Positions 25,783 to 38,850 of a stretch of 64,000 nt of DNA are shown here, piece by piece. A program made the position numbers and the translations under genes. The notes under the pieces were generated by a model. The model ran no database searches and was not told where the DNA came from. It worked only from the letters and a program-made list of their open reading frames with translations. Where the stretch lies: assembly GCA_002104905.1 (NCBI GenBank), contig MCFE01000001.1:1-64000 (forward strand). The letters run 5' to 3'. The DNA is from Basidiobolus meristosporus CBS 931.73 (lineage: Eukaryota > Fungi > Basidiobolomycota). Positions within the stretch are counted from its first letter, which is position 1; each line of letters starts with the position of its first letter.

Positions 25783-26803
25783 TTACCAACCACGCTTGGC
25801 ATAGATTTGGTCGTCGGGGATCTCGGAGATGTTGATGCCAACCATGGCCTCACCGAGGTCTTCGCTGACTTGGGCAAGGACGGCGGGGTCGTTGTAGTGG
25901 GTGACGGCTTGAACGATGGCCTTGGCACGCTTGGCTGGGTCTCCGGACTTGAAGATACCCGATCCAACGAAGACACCGTCGCAACCAAGTTGCATCATCA
26001 AGGCGGCATCGGCGGGGGTGGCGACACCACCGGCGGCGAAGTTGACAACGGGGAGACGACCCAGGCGGGCGGTTTCCTTGAGGAGCTCGTAAGGGGCTTG
26101 GAGATCCTTGGCGTAGGCGTAGAGCTCCTCATCAGACATGGCGGAGGCACGACGAATGTCGGCGGCAACGGTGCGAGCGTGGCGAACGGCCTCGACGACG
26201 TTGCCGGTACCGGCCTCTCCCTTGGTTCTGATCATGGCAGCACCCTCGTTGATTCTACGGAGTGCCTCACCGAGGTTCTTGCAGCCGCAGACGTAGGGGA
26301 CCTTGTACTTGTGTTTGTCGATGTGGTTGGCTTCATCGGCGGGGGTCAAAACCTCGGACTCATCGATGTAGTCGATCCCGATGCTCTCCAAGATCTGCGC
26401 CTCGACGAAGTGTCCGATACGGACCTTGGCCATGACGGGGATGGTGACGGCCTCCATGATCTCCTTGATCATCTTGGGGTCGGACATACGGGCGACGCCA
26501 CCGTTCTTACGGATGTCGGCGGGGACTCTCTCCAAGGCCATGACGGCGCAGGCACCGGCCTCCTCGGCGATGCGGGCTTGCTCGGCGTCGATGACGTCCA
26601 TGATCACTCCGCCCTGGAAAAAAGAATTCGCGTCAGTACCAAGCGAGATATCTCCTCGTCCCGTCCCGTGCCATCCGGCAACCTACCTTCAACATCTGGG
26701 CCAAACCAGCCTTGACGGCGAACGCTGACTTGCGGTCTTCGGCGGATTGGACGCCGTTTTGGGCAGTCAAGTTTTGGGGGGTTGCGAAGTTGCCAGCGGA
26801 CAT
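25783..26803 (-). CDS. PDX1: Pyridoxal 5'-phosphate synthase, synthase subunit; exons 26803-26687 and 26613-25783
   Basis: GLAQMLK|GGVIMDV across the intron, [38 protein letters not shown] and FVGSGIFKS. Confidence 0.97.
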
Positions 26804-28061
26804 GTTTACAAACAACGAATGGTTGAGTTGAGTTGAGGTGAGGCGAGGTGAGGTTCGATGAAAAATCTCCTTCCCAAGCTCGGAACCTTTATACCTTCGC
26901 ATGATCCACGAGATGGGCCCGCTGATTGGATCACCCCTCGGACCTCCCATGTCGAGTGACTCACCGATCCTGGCCGGTGGTTGGGATCGAAAAATCGCCC
27001 CCGCGCGCTGGCATCGGTTGTGGGTGCATGCACGGCACCTCGCCAACCCGCCCTCGCCACCATTCCTTACGCACCCACCCGTAGCTTGCGCACGCCAGGC
27101 AGCGAAGATTGGGTTCGTCGGTGATGCGAACGTGTGTAGCCCTCGAAGATAATCTTGATCCTCCCCCCCATTTGGGAGTAGATTATCCAAATCAACCACG
27201 GATTGTGGAATCCCCTGTGCCAGAACCAACTCTGGTTTCGATCGAGCCCGGATCCACTGGATTCGGTCGCACCGATGGATTCTATTGACTGATGGATGGG
27301 ATCTCCTCCTCCGAGTCAGTGTTTGGCTGATTACGTAGCCGAAAAGGGGGTTCGATGGATGTTTCGGATTCGGGGACCGGTTCGAATGCTAATATCCATT
27401 CGCTATTTCTGTCGTAGTTGTGGATACCGATACGGTTGTTTGGTTGTGTGCGCATCAAGCTAAATCCGGACAAGCATCATTCCGCACCATCGGCCACCTC
27501 TATGCAGCAACTGGGCTCTCCCCGCCGTGGCTGATGAGTGGGGGGGGGTATCCGCGCGGTAGGTTCCGCAAGGCCACCTGAAGTGAGACTTCCCGACCAA
27601 ATGCAGCGTCGGGTCTTGAATTGGGCGGGCACAGGTGTAACCCATCGGTGCCTATACCACCACCACCCTGATCTCAAGATGGCTGGTCTGACTAGGCCCA
27701 TAACACCCCGTGGAAAACCTTGCTATGGAAACCCCGTCGTACCTCAAGGAAGGTCTACCAATGATCTATCCACTTCATTTCCCTTACTTTCGAACATCTC
27801 TGTTGATCCTGAGCTTGTTTCTCTCTCCATGAATCTGGCCGTGGGAGTCCTTTGCAGGGTTGGTCGGCCCAGGATTGCCACATGTGCATCTACTCCTACC
27901 AACCACTATGACTTATTTCCAATTGACCTGGCAACGGATACTCTCCAAGTCATGTTACCTGGTTGAATGATCAGCTGCCTCGGTTATTTCCGATTCATCT
28001 TGCACATACTAACACCGCAATGCACTTGCTGTGCCTCATCCCCACATCCCCATCACCCCTC

Positions 28062-28800
28062 TGTAAGGATGGTAATTTCTTGGCATCCACACCACCAAAG
28101 CAGCATATATATATATATCATCATTTCCTCCAGTATGTTTAGCAGTGGCTACATCCCAGACTGACTCTGCACCTTGCTTGATAAGCTTCTACCCAATACT
28201 TCTTTAATTCCCCTCCTACCAATAGGCTGTTGTCACCACCAAGTACCTACCACAAATATTGATCCTTCCTATCTACCCTGACTGATTTTGGTCCTCCTTT
28301 CAGGTGACACTTCTCAACTCAAGACAGTTGGTATCACTCAACTGAATCAATCAACTATCCACTGTCCATACATCCGTAATGAATGCTGCTGATAGGCTTG
28401 TGGTACAGTATATAATTGCCACCATGGCTCAGATAAAAAAGGACCAGGATGAGATGTGGTCCACAGTGTGGACATTGCAGCAACAGCAAAGGTCATCCCT
28501 CAACCACCCCCAGAAGCCCTGTCAGGTCAGCCCCAAAATACCTGGGTTGTTCAGTGGCAAGCCAAATGAGTGTGAAGAGTTCATAGCCCAGGTGAAAGCA
28601 TACATCAGTCAGCAAGTATACAGTTCCCCTGCTGATGAACTGAAGGTCTGTTTGGTGGCAGCCCTACTGAGAGGCCCACCAATGGACTGGTATATTTCTC
28701 TGCAAAGTAGAGGCTCTCCATTACTGAGGGACTTTCCCTGCTTTCTTGAAGCCCTGGAATACATGTTTGGAGAGGTTCACTGGTCATAGTCCATGAGTAC
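28062..28800 (+). mobile_element. Truncated Ty3/gypsy element: possible LTR from TGTAAGGA at 28062 plus gag fragment 28379-28789
   Basis: The ORF contains the retrotransposon-gag-like FSGKPNECEEFIAQV...LLRGPPMDWY. CpG loss starts here. Confidence 0.7.
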
Positions 28801-29574
28801 ATTGAATTGTTGGCTTGCTCACAGTTACCCTTTGCCCAAGTGAAAATAAAGTATTGTCAGGATATTTTGCAATAATATGATGGGGGCTCTTGTCATAAGC
28901 TTAAGTCATCAGAGGGCTCACATTACTTCCTTTGTAGCCTTGCAAGCTGCCAAATACTCTGCCTGTGTATTGGAAAGTGCCAAGGTTGGTGGCTTTCCTG
29001 AATTCCATGAAATTACTCCTTTAGAACAGAGAAAGGTGTATCCTTTTGTAAAAATTTATAATTTCAGCTGAATATTCACCTAACTTAATCATCTGGACCA
29101 TTATTTACATATATTGGAAAACACTGACCAAATTCCTTGTCAGGATTTACTTAGAATATCTTCACCAACATATCAGGTACCCAGAATACAGAAATTCTGA
29201 AAGTAGTCCAAAGAGCCCCAAGCTTTACACATATGTTCTTGGGACCTTCCTGAGCATATTGCACATCATTGTTTTACCAAGCTATGTAAATGCTCAGATA
29301 ATACTCTTACATTCAATAAACCATTGAGTGAAAATCTACACAATCTGCTTGTTCTCCTAATCACTTCCAGTATCTCCAAAGCTCTCACAACATAAAGGAG
29401 GTGCTCAAGACCCTTTAAAGGCAAAAGTAAGGCCTTTTGCAGCTACTGTAACCGGAAAGTACACACATTGGACCGGCACTTCAAAAAGAGAGATAATCAG
29501 CAGAGTAGCCTGAATATAGATATACTGCAGCTACTCAAGATAGGCTATGCATATCTGTACTAAACATGACCATA

Positions 29575-30264
29575 GGTTGTGCTCAGCATTTTAAGCTTAG
29601 CCAGCTTTACTAAGATAGTACATTTAGTACCAAAATTGTTTCTCCCTAACCCAAACATAACTAATCCCAGTTATAGGTTATTTCATCACATGTCAAATCT
29701 ACTTTGAGCTCTCACACCTAATCAATTTGTGGTCTTTATGATCTCATCTGTTCTGCCAAGCCCCTCAGGTGATGAGCCATCCAAGATCCATCCATTTACT
29801 TAGCAGTTGCCATGACATCAACTGATTGATGATGAAATCAACATTTATCTTATACACCTATCAACACTCATGTTTGTTTCAATTAATCCAGTCACTTGGT
29901 GATTGCTAATTCACGTAGATCAGGAAGCTATAAATAAGGTTTACTTGACCTTTTGGTTTAATACATATCTCAACAAAGTTAAGATTATGTCTTAGCAATA
30001 TTAAGAACTCAACAATTCCATTCTAGTATCTACCTATGCTTAGCATATCAAGCACTCCCATGAGCACCAATCCTAGCTTACATGGCAAGCCAACTCTATC
30101 ACTTTTATAGTCAAACCCAGCTATATCCAAGACCAATATTAGTCCAGAATCCTTTTGCTAATATTTCCACCACAATTTAACAATACTAGGATTCTGCACT
30201 TAATTGTCCCATTGTACATTTAACCATTCCATAATCTTATTGCACTTTTCTATTGGACACAATA
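29575..30264. mobile_element. Solo LTR2 inserted in Copia A
   Basis: Reverse homolog of 10272-10970. Flanks CCATA/CCATC (4/5 TSD match), and the host copia resumes in register. Confidence 0.8.
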
Positions 30265-33200
30265 CCATCAGCAAGGATTCTCAGATGGGTTGCAGTGACT
30301 GTGGAGCATCACAACACTCTACACACCAAAAAGTATGTTTTACCCAATATCAAGAGAGTCCAATCAAGAAGGTTTCCATGAGAGACAGCAGTATACTTGG
30401 TGCAGCTGGTCAAGGAACCATGAGAGTAAGCCTCAGAAGTAATGAAGGAAGCTACACACTTACATTTGCAGAAGTACCCTATTTACCAGAAATAGCCAAG
30501 AAGCTACTATCTCCAGCCATGGCCACAGAAGAAGGACTCAATTTCAGTTTTGGCAATTCTGGGTGCAGGGTTGCTGATCAAAATAGTGCCCAGAGTGCTT
30601 TGGGTATGAGAGATCAGAATCTATACAGGTTTACTTATATTGTACAATATCTGGAAGCTGATATAAGTAACCTAAATCAAGAAATACCAATGCCTTGGCA
30701 CAGTATATTTGGACATATCAATTTTGATCATCAAAGTAAACAACCAAATAGCAGCTAATTTCCAGAGTCAAGTTGATCCTACAACTGATTTGGAGTACTG
30801 TGAAGCCAGCTTATATGAGTGACAAGCCAGACAGTCACTCAACAGCTCTGGAATAATGGCACAGATTATACCTCAAAATTGCTTTTCTACTTCTATAAAA
30901 TTCATGCACTGATAATAGACACTGCAGTACCATACTGCCCACATTAAAGTGGGGTGTCAGAGTGTGCAAACAGATCAGCAATTGATCTAGCAAGATATTC
31001 AATCAATTATCACAAATGATCTTAAGAGTTTTGGGTTGGTTTGGTTACTGCAGCTGTACATCATAAAAATAGGAGTTATAGCAAAATACTTTGTGATTCT
31101 ACTATGCTTGAAGCATAATACAGACACAGATCAAGTACAGAACATCTAATAACATTTGGGTGCACAGCATATACAAAGAAACTGCCTGGAAATCAGTCAA
31201 AAATCTATGCCAAAAAGTGCAAAATCCTTATTTTTGGCAATTGCAATGAGAGCAAGGCATACAAACTCTACAATACCAAAGCAAAGATGCTGATCAACCC
31301 CAAGGATGCATTATTGGATGAAAACTCAAATTTTTGCAAAGAATGATGTCATATGATGACAAAAATCTTATCTTAAGTCCACAAATAGTCAGGATTGAAT
31401 CAGAGCAAAGCAATGAGAATTTTTTCACTCCAGAAGACTCTACAACCATGACGCAGTCTGAATTAGTGCCCAGGAGTATCCCAGAAGTGATCATTATAGT
31501 ACTCATAACCAGGAGATCTACCAGACCAGAGATAGCACATATTACTATATAAATGAGGGTACAAACTGAGCTTACACCTATTCAATCTACAATGATGAGC
31601 CCCAGACAGTAAAAGCAGCCCTAAATAGCCCTCAGATTAAGTTCTGGAGATCTTCAGTGACTGAGAAGTATCAAGCTCTGATGGAAAATCAAACTTGAGA
31701 CTTGGCCAAATTATTGGTTAACCAAAAATCAATTGGATGCCAATAGGTCTTCAAGATTAAATACAGGGCCAATAGTACAATTGGAAGATACAAAGCAAGA
31801 CTTGTGGCAAAAGGATACTTTCAAACAAACAGACTTGATATACTGAGATCTTTGCACCAGTGGCTAAGTTTAATTCCATCATATAATATTGCATATTGCA
31901 GCCAAATATAAGTTTTTTATACATCATATGGATGTAAAAACTGCATCATGGAATGGAGAACCTGATGAAGGATATGTATATGACCAGTCTAATGGGTTTG
32001 CTGACTAAGATAACCAAAATTTGGTCTGCAAGCTTAAAAAATTTCTACATGGACTCAAACAATCACCAAGAGCCTAGAGTTGCAAGATAGATGCTTATTT
32101 GAATCTTTGCATTTCCAAAGGAGTAATGCTATCTATAATATATACTATAAACCAGATAGAGCAAATCTAGCTCCATTTGCTCTATATGTGGATGATCTCA
32201 TTATAGTTGCCAATAACCTAGAAACATTGGAGGAGACCAAATCCACTCTATCTAAGGAGTTCAATATGTCCAATTTGGGAAACTCAGTTACTACTTAGGA
32301 ATAAGGTTCTCCATGAACAGAAGTGCCCAGACTATCACCCTAAGCCAATCCAAGTATCTCAAGATATACTAACAAAGTACCAAATGGAAGACTGTAAACC
32401 AGCAGCTATCCAAATGGAGACAAACTTTAACTTGGTCAAAACCTAACCAAATCAAGCAAGCTTGGATCCATCTGAAAACCCTGACTTTCTTATCAATCTA
32501 TGGTTGACAGCTTGCTGTATATTGTGCTTGGAACATGTCCAGATATGTCATGTATCAGTGGAGTTGTCAGCCAGCATAATCAGAACTATGTATCTGATTG
32601 TATTGCAGCAGTTAGGTGGATCTTTAGATACCTAAAAGGAACTGCTGATATTTGCTTCAGGTAGACCTATAAGCAATCAGAACAAGATCTTGTGGGAATA
32701 CTCCTGATATAAGAGTTTGTAATTCCACCTAATTATTTGCCTGGATTTGTCACTTTGATCATTACCTTCAATTCCTAGTGAATACTGACCAGATTCCTTG
32801 CTGAGATTTACTTGAAATATTTTCACCAAAATACCAGGTACCCAGAACATATAAATTCTCAAAGTTGTCCAAGCACACCTAAACGTTGCACACATGCTCT
32901 TTGGACCTTCCAAAACCTATTCTATGCATTTGACAAGCCATGAACATGTAAAAATATAAATACTATTTTTACATTCAATAAATCATTGAGTTCAAGCCAT
33001 ATACTCTACTTGTCCTCCCAATCACTTCCAATATCCTGAAGACTCTTACAATAAGTTATGAGCCTCAAGCTGCCACTCTCTGCCATGTCCACTACTGCTA
33101 TCACTGGAATTTTTCCCTCTGCTGAAAAGTTGATGGATACGTGATGATCTAACTACCAAGTGTGGAAGGTGAAGATGAAGATGCCCCTACAAGATAGAGG

Positions 33201-33999
33201 CCTTTGTGATATTGTCACAGGAGAAGAATGCCCTTCTAAAACATGGGAGAGGAAGCCTTAAAGTACCAGAAGAAAGAACAAAGTGCCTTCAACTGCATTT
33301 GCCTTGGCATTAAAGACAAATTGCTACTTCAATACTCAAGAGCACAAACAGCAAAGTATACCTGGAAGATATCAGAAGACACCTACCAGTCATGTTCCCT
33401 ATGAAAATAATTTGGTCCTGTGGGTGGATCCTATCTGGATCAGCCATCAGGATCCTGTTTGGAGACTGTCATAATACCAACAGCTTGGAATTAGTGACCC
33501 TCTTGACAATCTTGTGACAGGATCACAATGGCATTTTGCTAATTTTACTGCCAAATAATGTTATAAAACTTGATGGGGTTTGATTGGTGCTATGACAATA
33601 ATTGCATGCATTGTTGCGGTCTTAATGCACACTACAATTATTTTAAATGGATCTAACTGGCCAGGACATCCAATTGCCTTATGTAGCAAAAAACTTGATG
33701 GTATTTTGACTGCCTCACAGCAAGTCTCTAATGGCATTATTATGGCAATATGGTGGCCTACAGCTAGCTCTGTATAATGCTACTGTACCAATTTACCAAA
33801 TGGTAATACATTTTCCAACCTCTCCTTGTGCAATTCATATATTCCACTGTAGGATCACACATCTTTATTTGCTTACCCACCACTACCTTGGGTATTTCAT
33901 ATATAATTTGAATAAAAAAAATATGGCCTCCTGCTTACTAACCTATATAAATGCACACACCTGCTGCAATTGACATACTTCTATCACCTAAACTTCATG

Positions 34000-36350
34000 G
34001 CTTTTTAGTGTGATACTTGCAAAGTCACCATATACCTTGTACTGCTGGTAGCATATACATCTTGCAAACATATGCTTGGTTGTTGCCACTTCTGCCATGA
34101 ATACCTCCTGAATATCTACAAAGAGCTTCTTGGTATTTAGCCAATATTTTCCTTCTCCCTGCTGGATTCTAGTCCCCCTTGTATGTGTGCTCTAGCTCTG
34201 GTTTGTGTGAATTCCATATTGAATGGTAAAGAAGTTGGCTTTTTACCATGAGAAATCTGGCATACCTTGGTAGAGTTTTTCTAATAAAAACTAGTTGCTT
34301 GTTGCACCCAACCCAACTTTGCAATACTTAACTGATTACCCATGCATTGGGGCTGCTTAGCTTCTTAATGCCATAGGCATAGGTGTCTCCATGTGCACAT
34401 CTGTCCTAAGTAATTTCCAACTCATTGTTGCTGTCCTCCATATGCAACTCATCAGATCCATGATGGACTTGAAAGTAATATTCTGGATGAGATTGGGATA
34501 TGGCAGTACATATAACTTGACTTAGCTTCCTATCTCCCCACACATCTGCTCCATAGAAAGCTCCCAAAATGTGAAGAAAGGCCCAATATTCTCCGCACAC
34601 CAAGCAAGATGGTGTAGAGCATGGATACAGTAGCAGCAGAAATCTACACATCCAGCTTTATATTTGTAGTATAGCTGCTCAAATCCCATTACAAACTCCT
34701 TGCACAACAGCTGTGGATGCATCAAGTTGGTATTGGTGATCTGCAGATGGATATATATTCCTACAATGTCCACATATGATTCCCAATGCTTCCAATGTAC
34801 TCTTGGTAGGAATGGTTGCAGAACACCACTTGAATACATACATATTCAGTTCATCCAGTCTTTGCATTTGTTTTGTTGCATGTGCATATGAATATTGATT
34901 GGAGCCTGTGAGAAGTACTTAGGGTAGCGGATACTCTGCAACATCTTGCCAATTTTTTTTGAATTTTTTCTGGTATCTTGAAGGGCTCATTTAGCTTGAA
35001 ATGCCAATGTACAACTTGGTCATCAGTATAGGGATATTGTTGAAAAGCAAATGTATTGCTTCCAGTGGAAAGCTTTTGCGCCAACAGATACCCTCTATCT
35101 TACATATCTCCAGTTTCCAATTGATTCCAGATTATGACCAATGGCTTACAGATTGCCAACTTTGTGGCATTTGCATGCTGACTTTTGTACGTTCTCTCTG
35201 TGGCAAGATAATGTTCTTATTGTTGGTGTTTTGGTAATAATAATGTGTGTGAGTTATAGAGTACATCTCCTAGATCTCACACACTTGACAGCAATACCTT
35301 CCATTGTACCCAGAAAAGCCAGCTATCTTGCTGATGGCTGAGGTATCTCCAATACAGATAATAATATGCACGTTTACATGACACCCATTTACTGTCATCC
35401 TACTGGAAAGCATACAAAATCCATCCAGCAATGGACAAAGGTAGCTAACCAGGTTGTTCAGTGATCTAGGCCCAGATACCAGTGAGACTACAATCAGATT
35501 TTTGCTCTGATACTGTAAGATGAGCAGCAGATTTGGGTTGATGAGAATCAGTGGCCAGCAGGATTAGCTGGTAGAGTACTTTTTCAACAAGAATCCATCA
35601 AGTGCTAAGGCAAAGGCATGGTCATACATACCTTCAAAGTAGCCCTTGCTACTTAGTTGTTTGTAATGTTTGCCATCAAATACATTGGATATGTTAGCGC
35701 TTAATTGATACTGAGTGTGGTACTGTATAGCTTTGCAATATTTGTTGGACTGCATGAGCTTTTTTAGACAGGGTATTACTGGAATATATCCCAAGTGTGC
35801 ACAATGTTTTCCCTCACTGGTGGTGGACTCCTGACAATTTGGACATGTTGCAATTGTAGCATCTTTGGATGTGAATGTTACTCAACAGTTGACACATGCT
35901 GATATCAGGAGAGTCTCTGGGTCATATGTTGCCAGCCACATGATGGTTGTCCACTTGTACCATGTACATGACAAGTTGCATCCCAGAATGACTTTGGCAA
36001 GAAGTAATAATAAATACTAAAAGCCCCCATTACTGATATTAGTGGAAATGCACAACTTCTTTAGCCACAACATTACATCATTCACAAGTAGATGGATTAC
36101 TGGGCTCACTTGGCTCCATAAAGTATCCTTGGCAACTGTTTCAATGGGTGTTGTCTTATTGCATAGTAGGATTTGACTGGGCTCATGACAGCTACTGTTG
36201 TTGAGGGAGATAGGCTCACAATCCATCAGTGAGCCTTCTTTGTCAGAGCTGTCACTCTGCATGCCATATTTACAAGGCTGAGGTGAGCCTAAAGGCATCA
36301 CAAGCTCATTTGACTCAGCTTTTGCAAGGTTACAAAAGCAGCCAGGTGCC
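34000..36350 (-). pseudogene. tnp2/Transposase_21-like transposase pseudogene of the CACTA element
   Basis: Fragments GYIPVIPCLKKLM, NVFDGKHYKQL, AFALALDGF and GPFFTFWELSMEQMCG, with many stops and frameshifts. Confidence 0.7.
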
Positions 36351-36899
36351 AATATAGAAGAATTAACTGACTGGCAAAATAATGTTGGTACAGTAGTGAC
36401 TTATGAATGGTCAAATATGACTTATGTGGCAAAATACAGGCTGTAATCCTTGTAATACTGCCTATGCTGTCTGCATGCTTCATGACTGAGAGGCTTACTA
36501 CAATAGCCACATGGTCTTTTTTCACCTCTCTTATGGTGTTGAATCAAAGTAGTCATGTCCATGGGGCAAACAGCTTGACCTTCAACAATGTAACACCGTT
36601 ATATCACTTTTTAGTCAATACTCATGTGAATTTAAGAAAGTCATGTATTTGAGACATTGCACCTACATGAATGTACAATTCAATGATGACCTGCCATAGC
36701 ATGCATTATAAATAAAATTGTGGAACCACATACACATGTATATGTAACACTGTTTCCCCTTGGGCTTGGCTCACTTCCATATATATGCCATCAAAAAAAA
36801 ACAAAGTTGACTGGTTCCTAACCAATCCCCTCCACTGACAGCAGCAGAAGAACAGCTGGACAACAGCTTGCTTTGACATTCAGTGCAACAAGCAGGGCT

Positions 36900-38850
36900 G
36901 CATCCAAAAAAGGCCATGCTGACAGGGTGCCCACTGAAGGTAAAAATGTGGACTCCTAAGGCTCTCAGTCAAGTAGGAAATTGAAAACCTCTGCAGAGCT
37001 ACAAGCTGACCATTATGCTCAGGCAGTTGAATATGTAGCAAATGTAGTACCCTCAGCTGAAGACCAGCAAGTGGCTGTCACAACATCACCATCATCCATA
37101 TTAGCAAGTATGTTGTCTGCTCATACCAAAGCATCAATGAGGTAATTAGGTGCAGTGGCTGTTGGGATAGATGCAATGGCCCAGGGAAATCAGGAAATAG
37201 TCCAGAAACAGGAGGAGCTGATAATATGTGTAGAGCAATCAATATCCCAGGTAGAGAAAGCAGTATCTTTGCTGCAAAGAAGGAACTCAAGTAGCTCAAT
37301 GTCACAGCCAAGAGTTGAGCCATTTCCCAATGTAACAGCACAGCAACACTGTGCAGTCATTGAAGCACAACAACAGTGCCAAAAGATAAAGCCCACAGAG
37401 AAACCTATCACAGTGTGAGAGGGAGACAATATGGTGTTTATACCAAAGCCTAAAAGTCAAAAGACATTGAAGCTCTGTGAGGCCATTGAGTGCAATAATG
37501 AAGAATGGGCAAATATTCAGGAGGCTGTCAGAAGTCTGGCACACCATCACCTTAAGGCCAGCATACCATGGGACCATCAGGAACTCAAGGCCAAGCAGAA
37601 TGCACTTTACTTGTTCCATGAGCATTATCCTGGATTCTGATGGGCAAACAGATTTTGGGCCAGCAATGGTATGCTAAGAAAGTATCTAAAGAATAGCAGA
37701 AATTATCAAAGGCAGAACAACAAGGGTGCCACAACTAAAAACCAGTGGCTTCCTCAAGAGCCTGTTACCAGACAGGCCAAAAGCTACAGACAAGCGTCAA
37801 AGAGACTTTATGTAGCTGGAAGAGCGCCATTTAGGGACAAGCAGGCAGACATAGATACACCAGCACAACATTTATCAAGGAACAAGCATAGTATCACTCA
37901 AGAAGCACTCAGTCAAAGTAGAAGTGAAGGACCTGGCTATGATAAAAGCCAGTGGCTTTTACAGGAGCCTGTTGCAACTACAGTTGAGAGCTCAAAATAA
38001 GCGGAAAAGTAATGTAAGGTTGCCAGAAGAGTGCCAGCAAGGGACAAGCAGGCCAAAACAGATACGCCAGAGCAGATTCTATCAAGGAGAAAACATAGTT
38101 CACAACAAGAAGCACTCAGACAAAGTAGCAGTTAAAGACCTAGCAATGATAAAGCAAAAGGTAACAGGAAATATGTCTACCCCAGCTTGGGACAGGGAAG
38201 CATGCAGAAAAAGCTGTAGTAATTGCCAATTAACACTACAAGCCTGGAACAGACAGAATCCCATCATATCCAAGAAGAATTATCAACAAGAAAACACCTG
38301 TTTTTACTAGAGTTGGAAGCGCAGCCAGTTGAGCTACACTCCAGCAAGGTGGATGAGTTTGCAGAAAAGGCCATTTGTCTACTACAGCCTCCACATCTTC
38401 CATTGTTGACAGAGTGGAGATCCCACTGACAGACAAGGCTACAATGTCAAGAGCTTGAAAGACTATTACAATGCCTTCAGTGGAATTTTGGGACATTAAT
38501 AGGTACACCAAGAGGTTGCAGCACTTCTTCAAGTGCAGTGCTCAAGAGAATGCACTTGAATATTGCAAGGATTTATTGCAATGACAAGCAGATGAGGTGC
38601 TAGATCTTGCAATGCCAGCTGAAGAGCAGGATGTGTGGGAACCAGTGAATCAACAGTGGCATAAAGCTGTTGGGTTCCTGCCAGAGCCATGGAAACAGAG
38701 CTTTACACCAGAATTACTTATTGAGTGGTGGACTCTAGTGGAGTTACTTGTTGAGCGTGGGGTTGGGCTTAATGTTAGTGTAGGGCAGAGTGAATTGCAT
38801 AGGTCAATACAATTGGCAACTGAGGAACAACTGAAATCTCAACAGAAATG
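36900..38850 (+). pseudogene. Second, divergently oriented decayed ORF of the CACTA element
   Basis: Collinear ORF fragments (37155-38851), e.g. IPWDHQELKAKQNAL...HYPGF*WANRFW...MLRKYLKNSRNY. Function unknown. Confidence 0.5.

Noticed and set aside
17200-27700. Many long antisense or alternate-frame ORFs (e.g. 21205-22194, 23867-24502, 25684-26715, 19345-20046)
   Set aside because: Shadow ORFs from the high GC3 of the real genes; no recognisable motifs.
27841-27870. GTGGGAGTCCTTTGCAGGGT resembles the PDX2/SNO start motif (GVLALQG) upstream of PDX1
   Set aside because: Needs a 4-nt deletion, and no downstream glutaminase motifs (PGGEST, GTCAG) are visible, so a divergent SNZ/SNO pair is not supported.
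26804-28000. TPP riboswitch upstream of PDX1
   Set aside because: No CTGAGA plus CCTGAT...GCG core in the required order on the transcribed strand.
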